Of a stretch of DNA of 64,000 nt, positions 12,995-22,705 are shown piece after piece. This stretch comes from Azolla caroliniana (lineage: Eukaryota > Plantae > Polypodiophyta), in contig JBHGNT010000020.1 in assembly GCA_043228905.1 (NCBI GenBank), positions 124,001-188,000 of the forward strand. Reading direction: 5' to 3'. The notes under the pieces were generated by a model. That model was not told the DNA's origin and ran no database searches. It saw only the letters and a program-made list of their open reading frames with translations. Every line of letters begins with the position of its first letter. Positions within the stretch are counted from its first letter, which is position 1. Made by a program: the position numbers and the translations under genes.

Positions 12995-14148
12995 TGTCGT
13001 GAAGATCCATCACTACGTGCGGATTGTGAGACGGAACCGTCGGGGTTCTGGACCGGAAGGATCGAAGTTGGCGCAAGCTTAGCGAGAAAGTATTTAGGAT
13101 AGATTGAGAGAGAGAAAGAGATTAAGATTAAACGCTTGATTTTAGATTTTAAGAAACAAGTTACACCATCAATTCGATAACGAATTCTCTTCTTCTTAAT
13201 TTCATAACCAAAATAGCCTAACCCTTCTTCTTTTTCATCCCTTCTTTTATAGATGCTCTCATGCATATGATGCATGGGAGGGTACAAGACATGCATAAAA
13301 TGCATGTTTGCCATTTGGCGTTCATGTATTACATGTGGTGCATGATAACTATGCCACTTATTTTAGCTCTCATGTATGAGAATTTACATGTAAAAGTACA
13401 ATGATAGAAATTTAAATTCAATTAAATGTCATGGCTTAGTGGTAAGCCAATTGACTCCTAACTTGGAGGTGCAAGGTTCAAATCCTTACTTGCCTTCCTT
13501 GTATATGTATATATATGTGTGTGTGTATATATATTTATATATTTATTTATCTAGTCGCTAGATGTCGTCGTCTCACCGACGCCGGATGCTACCGATTATC
13601 GGTGGCCGCCGTTGGATGCCGTCGTCTCACCGGTGCCGGTTACCAGTGGCTGCCGTCGTCTCGCCGTCGGTGGGCTGCCGGATCACGGGATGCCGGTGTG
13701 CCACCGTCGCTTTGCCGGCTGCCACTAGATCACCGGCTCCATCGCCGGTCCGGTTTTGGTTGGCCAAAAACCTTTACGAGTAGCTAGGCCACCTCCACTC
13801 TTAGTTCAAGTTACCTTGAACTCTCTATGCTCCACACATAGACACAAAGATAATAGCTTTTGCTCTACTTTATATATGATGAGAGCCGTATTTGTCGTGC
13901 CTATGTGGGATATGTTATAGTTTTCTCTTTTCCTTTCACAAACTTTATACCCTCATATCTTGACATTTAGTTGTTCGTTTCTCATGTAATAAAGTGCATT
14001 CGAAAGCTCTTGAAGACCTCCATCATTTTGTACTTAGATATTAAACTTATTTAAAATGTTATCTTCACTATTATTGTTTTATGTGATTCATACTCGATTT
14101 TGTACGCTTTATGTGATTTTCACACTATTGCCGAAAATCTTCACGACA
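12995..14148 (-). repeat. Gypsy 5' LTR
   Basis: Direct repeat of 5764-6862; PBS adjacent. Confidence 0.95.
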
Positions 14149-15697
14149 CCGGCATTTTCGGATGCCACGTTTACTTCCTCTCGGTAGATTCGGGCATACA
14201 TCAGGTACTGTGTGTTGATATTCCAAGCTCGAGCCATGATCAGGCTCCCTTTGCAAAACTTCATGACTCCATTCCAGATGCTGCCCGTGTAGCCTTCATC
14301 ATCTAGCCGACCGAACGATATTAGGTTCAACCGAACCTCTGGAACGTGTCAGACATCCTTCAACAACAACTTGCACCCGGTTAACGTCGTCAACCACACG
14401 TCTCCTATATTGACAATTCGGCATCCACCTTCATTTCCCATCTGGACAGAACCGTGATCTCCAGCTTAGTACGATGAGAAGCACTTCCAGTCCAGAGTCA
14501 AATGGAATGATGCTTTGGAGTCGACCACCTAGGTCGTTTCGTCACTGACAAGATGCAACTCACTCTCCTTAGTGATTAGCAGCAGTTCTTCTTCACTTGT
14601 CGCGATTGCCGACGTTCCTTTATGATCCGAACTCCTCCAGTCCGGACCCTTCTTTGAGTCAGCATTGTCAGTTCCTTTCTCCTTCCGGACGTGTTGGCAA
14701 TTCTTCTGAAAGTGCCCCAACTTTCTGCAATAAAAGCAAGTGGGCCTCCCCCTTGACTTTGACCTCGTCCCCGATTTGTCGTGGTTTTGGGGACTCTGAT
14801 TCCGGCCTCTTCCCCGGTTATGGTCATCTTCCATGACCAAGGCCTTTGGAATGGTTTCGGACTCCCGATCCTTCCGGTGAGCCTCATCATCCAGCAGGCT
14901 TGATTTTACCCTTGCCAAGGACGATTGTTTTCCTTCTGGCCTAGCGTTGCCCAAGGCGACAATAATGTCTCCCAACTCTCCAAGAGAGAACCGAGCAGGA
15001 GCAACGCAAGTACATCGTCGGCTAGAGGTACTTCTAGTGAGGTTGTTTGATTTATGAGCCCCTAGAATGCATTCATGTGCTCTGCCATGCTGGATCTGTC
15101 TTGGTACCGGAGTCTCACTAACTTCCGGAATACCAAAACTCGATTTACGACATTTTTACTCTCCAACATGGTGCCGATTTTCTCCTAGAGCACATGAGCC
15201 TTGCTTTCTTCATTGATGTTGTTGTACAGGTTCATATCGATGAAGCACCTAATGTACGCCGTCTTCTTCATATGCATCACCTCCCATGTCATGGCATTGA
15301 TCTTGTCCAGTTTCTTGTCCCCGAACTGTACCGGCAACCAAAGATATTTGACCATGAGCATGTCCCTCATCTTCGACTTCCACACTAGGTAATTGGAGCC
15401 GGTGAGCTTGAACATGCTTTCGAATGACTCTTCCATTTTTTCTTTCTTTGTTCGAAGTTTACAACTTCGCTCTGATACTAGTTTGTGCGAAAATAGTGCT
15501 CGGCCACAACCGAGTCTTAAACTCACAATGGAAGAAAACAGAGAAAAGGTATAAGACGATTAGTGCACTTACACAGAATGAGACGACACCAGTTGTTTAC
15601 GTGGAACACCCTAATCGGGAGAAACCACGGGAGCCCACAGACTCCAACTATCTCTATGAGAAGAGGATACAATCCGAGACTCATACTTTAGTTGAGT

Positions 15698-16005
15698 ACC
15701 TAATTAGCTAAGTGGTAGCTAATTCTCTACTACCATAGTTTAGTATAGTATCTAATTAGCTAAGTGGTAGCTAATTAGCTACTACCATAGTTTAGTACAA
15801 TAGCTAATTAGGTAAGTGGTAGCTAATTAGCTACTAACATAGTTTAGTACAATAGCTAATTAGCTACTACCATACTTTAGTAGAGTAGCTAATTATTTGC
15901 TACCATATTGACAAAGAGTAGCTAATTAGCTAAGTGGTAGCTAATTAGCTAGTACCATACCTAAGCGAAGTAGCTAATTAGCTCAGTGGTAGCTAATTAG
16001 CTACT
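15698..16005. repeat. Array of palindromic TAGCTAATTAGCTA motifs
   Basis: Repeated 14-bp perfect palindrome with short spacers. Confidence 0.9.
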
Positions 16006-16525
16006 GTCATAGTCTAGAAGAATGTTGGCCGGTCAGAGAAGGCAAATGGGAAAGCAAGGTCGGATCGGATAAATATAGAAATAGGAATAGAATTATTAGG
16101 AGGGACGGATCCGGTAGTTGTAACCGATCCGGATCCGAACCGATTCGGTTTCGGTTAACGGTTGCCTACCGAGCACCGATTGTAATCTGGCCGGATGCCT
16201 ATAAAAGGATCCGATGTTTTGTAATGAAGTTGCGAAGAATTAATATAGTTTTGCTTATGCTTATTAATCTTGTCTTCGTCTGTGCTTAAGTGTAATTATC
16301 ATACGCGTGTATTAACATCCTATCCCTACCACCCCTTTGGAGAAGTGTCGGATAGACACCTGTGTTGCGGCTAGTCCAGCCAGACATACAACACTATTGA
16401 AGAGGCCGGAGAAACAGCCGGAAAAACAGCCGGAGCTAGGCACGCCTGCTGACACCAACGAAGGCAGAACAAAGGCACAATGGCTAAGGTGGTTGTCAGG
16501 GCAGTTGTCGGGAGTAGCAGACCAG

Positions 16526-18175
16526 ATGGAGAAAGAGGAGGAGCAAAGGGAAGAAGTGACTAGGACGACGACTAAGGATATGGTCATGCTCCGGGCACAA
16601 TTACATGAGCTGCAAGAAGAGCTAGCACAGGCAAAAGAAGGCAGCCGACAAGCACAAGATGGCACCGAGCCGGTCGGGACATCAGAAAAGCAAGCCGAAC
16701 CAGAAACGGAGAAGGCCTTGCAAACCGGCCCTGAGACCGAGAAGTTAATAGCAACTTTGAAAGAAGAATTACAGGCTCAGGAGGCATTGAGAGATAACGA
16801 AAGAGAGCAGCGGAAGTTGGTAGAAGACGACAGACGGCGAATGGAGGAAGGCCTTCGCCGAAGCAAAGCCACCAATGACCGACTACAAGAAGAAAACGGG
16901 ACGCTGCAAAAGGAAAAAGATAGGCTGCGCCGACGAATGGAGCAGGAAATCGAGCGGTTGCGAGAGGAACTCCGACAACAAAAGGACCGGGATGATCAGT
17001 TGCGAGCTCAGGCGAACCGACGCCTAAAACAGAAGACGGAGGAATTCGACCGACTATGTAAGGATTATAAACAGGCCACGTCGGACATCAAGAATCAGGC
17101 AGCAACGTACGACCGACAGATAGAGAAGCTGAAAGAGCAGCTCAAGGAAAACCGCTTGGAATTGTCCAAAGCAAGGGAGGAAGTATCGACGGAGAAGACC
17201 TTGACGTCGGAACAAAGAAAGGAGATGGAAGTACTTCGGCAGAAAGTAGGGGAGCTGACAAAGAGCAGGAACGAGGAAAAAGTGAAGTCGACTTTCGAAA
17301 TCAACAAATGGCGGAGTACCTGTGACAAGCAAAAAGCCGACTCTGAAGCTCAAGCTCAGTTAATGGCCGACATCATCAAACGGATAAGGAAGGAAAAACA
17401 AGCAGCTTCGGAACAGGCTAAAGCAGGGGTTGACCGAATTAAGTTCATCATGTCAAGTTGGAGTACCCGAGCTCAGGCCAGCATAAATGAAAGCACGGAG
17501 AAACTCTGGAGGGAATGGGCACAACAGGCAGCTGAACTGCAGACACTCCGAGCTGATGCAGAAAATCGGAAGAAAACCGGAGATGGGTTCTATAAAATGG
17601 ACGAAGAAAGTATCGTCAACATCCGGGAAGAATTGTCGGAGGATTTCTATGCTCTAGTAGAACAGCATCTCAAGGAAATCCGAGGGTTAGTAGAGAGGTT
17701 GGATGACGGGCAGCTCGAAACCCAACTAGAATTGGAAGGGTACGAGAAGGACCGACTGCGACAGGAAGCCGAGGGACACACAACGCCGATCTCCATCAGT
17801 GAGGGCGAGCGACCGGCTGAAGAGGACCCAACCAACAATGCACCCCGACAAGAATTACCCGAGGAAGAACTTCCGGAGCAAGAACAGGTTGATGCCGGGG
17901 ATGATGCAGAGTGGAGACAGAGAAGTACCGAATCCGGGGAGGAAAGGACACAACCAGTGGAAACCGGAGAGAGCGATACCGGGAACGGAACGGAGGTAGA
18001 GCAGGACAGACCCGGACAGGATACAGAAGAAACACCGGTACCACCGGTACAAGCAGAGTCGGAGCAGCAAGATGCGAAAAGGCAGCCAATCCAATCGGAA
18101 GTCGGAGACGGCACAGGCAAGACAACACTTGAAACCTCTGAGCGGAGTTTGCTGGATAATTTGGAGGAAGACTGA
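16526..18175 (+). CDS. Long E/K/Q/R-rich coiled-coil protein with acidic disordered C-terminus (549 aa from first ATG; frame open from 16337)
   Basis: Uninterrupted frame filling nearly the whole internal region; heptad-like composition; TATA-like cctataaaag about 16198-16207 in the upstream LTR. Confidence 0.75.
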   Translation: MEKEEEQREEVTRTTTKDMVMLRAQLHELQEELAQAKEGSRQAQDGTEPVGTSEKQAEPETEKALQTGPETEKLIATLKEELQAQEALRDNEREQRKLVEDDRRRMEEGLRRSKATNDRLQEENGTLQKEKDRLRRRMEQEIERLREELRQQKDRDDQLRAQANRRLKQKTEEFDRLCKDYKQATSDIKNQAATYDRQIEKLKEQLKENRLELSKAREEVSTEKTLTSEQRKEMEVLRQKVGELTKSRNEEKVKSTFEINKWRSTCDKQKADSEAQAQLMADIIKRIRKEKQAASEQAKAGVDRIKFIMSSWSTRAQASINESTEKLWREWAQQAAELQTLRADAENRKKTGDGFYKMDEESIVNIREELSEDFYALVEQHLKEIRGLVERLDDGQLETQLELEGYEKDRLRQEAEGHTTPISISEGERPAEEDPTNNAPRQELPEEELPEQEQVDAGDDAEWRQRSTESGEERTQPVETGESDTGNGTEVEQDRPGQDTEETPVPPVQAESEQQDAKRQPIQSEVGDGTGKTTLETSERSLLDNLEED

Positions 18176-18182
18176 AGCCGGC

Positions 18183-18223
18183 TGTGGGTTCGAAGTGCAA
18201 TGCACTTTCCCACGGGCGTGCCA
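18183..18223 (-). promoter_or_regulatory. tRNA-Arg-like primer binding site, bipartite
   Basis: Minus strand TGGCACGCCCGTGGGA lies 2 nt from the LTR and resembles the Arg PBS TGGCACGCCCAGTGGGAC; a second block TCGAACCCACA is complementary to the T-arm 5' half. Confidence 0.7.
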
Positions 18224-18601
18224 TGTGTTGGCCGGTCAGAGAAGGCAAATGGGAAAGCAAGGTCGGATCGGATAAATATAGAAATAGGAATAGAATTATT
18301 AGGAGGGACGGATCCGGTAGTTGTAACCGATCCGGATCCGAACCGATTCGGTTTCGGTTAACGGTTGCCTACCGAGGACCGATTGTAATCTGGCCGGATG
18401 CCTATAAAAGGATCCGATGTTTTGTAATGAAGTTGCGAAGAATTAATATAGTTTTGCTTATGCTTATTAATCTTGTCTTCGTCTGTGCTTAAGTGTAATT
18501 ATCATACGCGTGTATTAACATCCTATCCCTACCACCCCTTTGGAGAAGTGTCGGATAGACACCTGTGTTGCGGCTAGTCCAGCCAGACATACAACAAAGA
18601 A

Positions 18602-20050
18602 TAGCTAGTTAGCCATGATGTAGCTGAGTGGCTAATTAGCGAACATGTTGTTGTAGAATCTTGTGGATTAAGGAGGGCGCATGAGGTGTCCGATGTTGAT
18701 GACATTGCAACCGATGAGGAGATAACTGCCAACAGGGCTAAAAGTAAGAGTCCTGCTATCACATCTCCTTTAGATTAGCTCCACCCTATTCTTTTAGAAG
18801 ATTGTACTGAATTAGGCAACGATGTGAAAATCCATGAAATATTGGAAACAACATGTAAATCTAAGGTTCACAACAATAGTGTTTTTGAACACTTGATGCA
18901 ACATTTCTTTGAATCCCAAAACCTTGATTCCACCCCACTGAGCCCAACTACTGATAATGTCCAAACAGATCCCATTGTACTAGAAAAGCTAGCGCAAGAT
19001 GCGGTTGACGTGCAAGCCGTTGCTGAGGTGATGGAAAGGTTGTCGGAGGAGGACACACTTTCGCAATGGGTCAAAGAAGCAAGGCTAAATGGGCAACCGG
19101 CTAGAAAAAGGCAAAAGAAGGGGCCACGATCGGGGACAAGACTAATTACTCGGTTAAGGGGCTCTTGAATTAGAGTGAAATACTTATTAGTGGGATATGA
19201 TTGTTAGCGATTTTCCTAGGGTTTTATGAAGTTTTACTATGATCTATTTGGACAAGTAAAACCTTAGATTGGTTGTTACTTGATCCACATTATGTAATGG
19301 AACTCTATGATGTTTCTCCAAGATAATTATGTTCATGTTGTTCTATGATGGAAAATATTTCATGTTCATTATGTTGTTTTGTGAGACTATTAGTTACTTT
19401 GTGAGTGTGAATATGTTGGTGTTTTCTGATGTTGCAGAGTCTAAAGGGTTTGAATCTATTACTCCTAAGGCCGATGGCAGTGTGGAAACTGTTGATGTTG
19501 CTATGTGTTTAGAGGGCCACATCTTGAAAGTAGATGTAGCAACTGACACAAATGATTTGGTCACGCAAGTTGATCAAGCATGTTGCACAGATGATCTAAT
19601 TTTGTAGGTAGATCAACATGTGATACTAGTGGGCTGATATCGACCAGATCAGTATCTACATGCACCGAGCTAATGAATAAGTCAACAATACAAGAGCACT
19701 AGAATGTGAAGCTAGGACCAACACTGTCGACTAGGGGTTTGAAGAGGAAAAGGACACAAATTGTGCCGACAGAACCTAAGTTGATTGAAATTGATCATGT
19801 GCTACCAGTAATTGGTGTAACAGAGGCTCAGTTATAGGAATGGAAACCTAAACCATTAGAAGTCGAAAGAATAGCCTTGTTCTTGGAGATTGATAAAGTC
19901 CTGATGAGTGTGCGATATATGACACCAAGGAGGGACGCAAATCAATTTCTAGAATGGGTTGTGCAGTACTTTGATTTGTTTATATTGGAGTGAAAAACAA
20001 CGTACAAATGTGTGGAAGTGTGTAGAAAGATTCTTCTCTAAGTGGTGACA
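18602..20050 (+). pseudogene. Decayed passenger gene in the DNA transposon, with an FCP1/NIF (HAD-fold)-like segment at about 19870-20045
   Basis: Frame with scattered TAG stops continues into ORF 18824-19168; manual translation ALFLEIDKVLMSVRYMTPRRDANQFLEWVVQYFDLF/(frameshift)WSEKQ resembles the NIF pattern LxLDLDxTL...RP..xFL...F...WS. Confidence 0.4.
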
Positions 20051-20929
20051 ACATTTCAAGGGTCAGTGGACATGAGAGAATTGTGAGCAGAAGGATGTTG
20101 CAGAATTCAAAAAACTTTTTAATTTTTGGGCCACTTGGCCAGATTATAATGCTGACAATACATTGATTCTGGATACAAAACATTTCCGGCATTACTTCAA
20201 CATTTGCAGATATTGTCTCATTCTACCCCAGGAAATGCCTGAACACTACTTGGTGAAAACATTGAGCTGCCAACTAACTGCATGGTTGTGGACTCCATAC
20301 TGAGCTCGGTATGCAGATCATATACGTAGAGAAGTTTCACTGACCAGCAAAAGCTTAGCTGTTTATAGGCGATTTGAAGACATTGCCAATGGGATGTTAT
20401 AAATATGTAATTTGATGACAGATTAATCAATGATGAATTAAATTTCTTGTTTTGAGTAACTTATCTACTATGTAGCTTTAAGAGTATGTTCAAGATTGTT
20501 GATTTCATGATAGTGTTTTTTCTTAAAATTATGCAAACTATTTTAACTTGTACATGGTTCACTTGAGTAAATCTGTATATCAGAAGGAAGAACCCTAAAC
20601 GATATTATTAAACTAGTTTTTAAGAAAGAAGAACAGAAAGAAGACTGTATATAAAAAAGACACAGGATTTTATTGAGAAAGAAGCACAAAAAGTAGACAG
20701 TATATAAATAAAAAAAACTCCCAAACAGGTCCATTAAACTGTTTATTTGCAATACATGTGCTTTGTTTGTTTTACAAGAAAACTGGTAATTGCTACTAGT
20801 AGCTACAAATTCCATGGCATACTATTGTAAATACATTCATACACATTAGCACTAACTGTGTATAAACCTGAGCAGCTATTGTATTGCGACATTGGGACAT
20901 TGATGCACCTGACCAAATGAGGGTATATG

Positions 20930-22142
20930 TACGCCACTGGTTTGTCTTCTAATAGCCTATACACATAATCATAATAATCTAGTCTTGCATAAAAAATACC
21001 TTCGATGTAGAATGTCCCGATAGATACAACATTTCCCCAAGCATCTAATATATCCTACGTTGCACACTGTTTACTAATCATGCACTTCAATATATAGAAA
21101 TCAACACCCTCTGAATCGCCTTCTTCTGCATTTATAGTGAAATTATCCCCAACATTTAAGACATCCCTCAGAGTATCTCCACGTCCTTGATATGTGAAGT
21201 CAACATTCTTTTTTGTTTCTCCATCAATTGCTTCCTTATCGTTCAATGTATGATACTCCCAATTCCGAATATATGCTTTGTTTAGCTAATAACCATTGTT
21301 AATGTAAGTTAAAACAATGTTGGACGAACAAGGTATCTATCATGCTTCTTATCATCAGAAATAAAAAACTGAATTACTTTTTTAACATCACCTGAAACTC
21401 GAAAATATGTTATGTGCACAAAAATGGTTACTTGTGCTGAACACCAATGCATAGATTGAATTTCATTCTGTTGCTTGAAAGTATAATTCTCTAGGAAATC
21501 TACTACTGAGACTACTACATCATTTGGAAAATCAGATATGGAAGTCTTAAACTGATGGGCTTGCCATGAATAAACGAAGTTGTGTTTAATGAACTTTCCT
21601 AGAGATACTACAAATAGAGACGCCAAATCCCTTGGTTTAAGCGACTTCCTAACTAGATCCTTTCTTTTACACACCTTTCCTTCGAAATTGTTGTCAACTG
21701 ATTCAAATAACTTGACAGAGATTAATATTTCACTACTCAATTCATTTGGACACCACCTAAACCTACTAGGGCCACAATCTTGAGATAAACCTATGACACA
21801 TTTATGACTGTGGAAGATGGCCTCAGTTTCTCTCAGACACAATACTGAATCTAAAAGACAACTCGTGGAAGAGATAACATGCTCAGATGATTTACGGTGC
21901 TCTTGCGAGCTCGATCAACAAATTGGGCACTCACAAGTGCAAAATGCATTAGTTAGGGAGGCGCTATGGTGACGTAGTAGATTAATAGAGTCCTTGAGAA
22001 AACCTATTAGTACATGGTAAATGCAACAACATGTGTATCGATCCTTCAAGCGTCTCACAAAGTGTGGCTTAAGAGACTCGAATGTTCGTAGTTGAACTTT
22101 GATATTTGGATGCATTCGCCTGAACCTAATAAATAAATCGAC
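20930..22142 (-). pseudogene. Transposase downstream exon(s), Sola2-like catalytic region
   Basis: FESLKPHFVRRLKDRYTCCCIYH (21915-22115); VVDFLENYTFKQQNEIQSMHW..QVTIFVH..FISDDKKHD (21309-21842); C-terminal piece 21055-21246. Confidence 0.7.
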
Positions 22143-22339
22143 CTGCGTAATAAAATGGACATATTGATTAGTTGATTAGCTATGCTCCAAACCTGTTATA
22201 GCAGCTAATAAGCTATTCTAGTAGTTAATTAGCTATCCTAGTGTCATGAACAGTACTGAGACAGAGAAGGAATCAGTACTAAACGAAGGAGTAGTACTAC
22301 GAGAGGTGTGAACTTCTTCGAGAGAAGGGAGAAGTGAGT

Positions 22340-22425
<86 letters not shown>

Positions 22426-22650
22426 TGATAAGAAAGATATTTATTATATGAAGAGAATATACAACGGCGGCTAAAAGGCTTAAGACTGGCGTTGAACCAA
22501 TTTGGTTCAACATAATGCCTAGTGCCCTCTTTTATAGTGTTTTCAGGAGTAATCCTGAAGCTTCTAGAATGTTCCAGAGAAATCTGGAATATACACTAAT
22601 TTCCTATAATAAAATGTAAATGAAAATAATATCCTACGTATTACAATAGA

Positions 22651-22705
22651 TGGTCTAATGGTCAAGAGCTCGACCCATATAACCTAAGGTCATGGGTTCG
22701 AGTCT
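22651..22705 (+). promoter_or_regulatory. tRNA-like Pol III cassette at the U3 end of the chromovirus LTR; copy at 27909-27963
   Basis: A box TGGTCTAATGG and B box GGTTCGAGTCT at tRNA-like spacing. Confidence 0.65.

Larger units (their letters stand above)
5764..14148 (-). mobile_element. Full-length but decayed non-chromovirus Ty3/gypsy element nested in Copia A
   Basis: LTRs 5764-6862 and 12995-14148 with 12-bp terminal inverted repeats tgtcgtgaagat/atcttcacgaca; 4-bp TSD CCGG (5760-5763, 14149-14152); PPT at 6863-6876; tRNA-Trp-like PBS (rc tggtgaacccaacgtg, 12971-12986); domain order gag-PR-RT-RH-INT. Confidence 0.95.
2256..15687 (-). mobile_element. Ty1/copia element A (Tnt1/Tork-like), decayed, interrupted by the Gypsy at 5764-14148; 5' LTR truncated
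   Basis: 3' LTR 2256-3038 with adjacent PPT (rc of ctcccccttc); 5' LTR remnant 15484-~15687 next to iMet-type PBS (rc of gctctgatacta, 15469-15480); minus-strand gag (15185-15526; CFYCRKLGHFQKNC in 14529-14975), integrase (5288-5599), RT (LYGLKQ, LLYVDD; 3516-4352), RNase H (RTKHI; 3049-3339). Confidence 0.92.
16023..18596. mobile_element. Young non-autonomous LTR element (2574 bp) with a single coiled-coil ORF and no gag/pol
   Basis: 371-bp LTRs 16023-16393 and 18226-18596 (TG...CA, one substitution seen); 5-bp TSD AAGAA (16018-16022, 18597-18601). Confidence 0.95.

Noticed and set aside
15688-15720. Left terminal inverted repeat of the DNA transposon
   Set aside because: No match to the right terminus; the junction with the truncated Copia LTR looks like a deletion
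16337-18175. Host myosin/SMC/tropomyosin-like gene or env gene
   Set aside because: Bounded by LTRs and a TSD; no ATPase motifs, signal peptide or transmembrane segment; coiled-coil similarity would be compositional
22244-22513. Membrane-like ORF with SLSLSL run (also 27526-27771)
   Set aside because: Translation of the LTR (GA)n microsatellite
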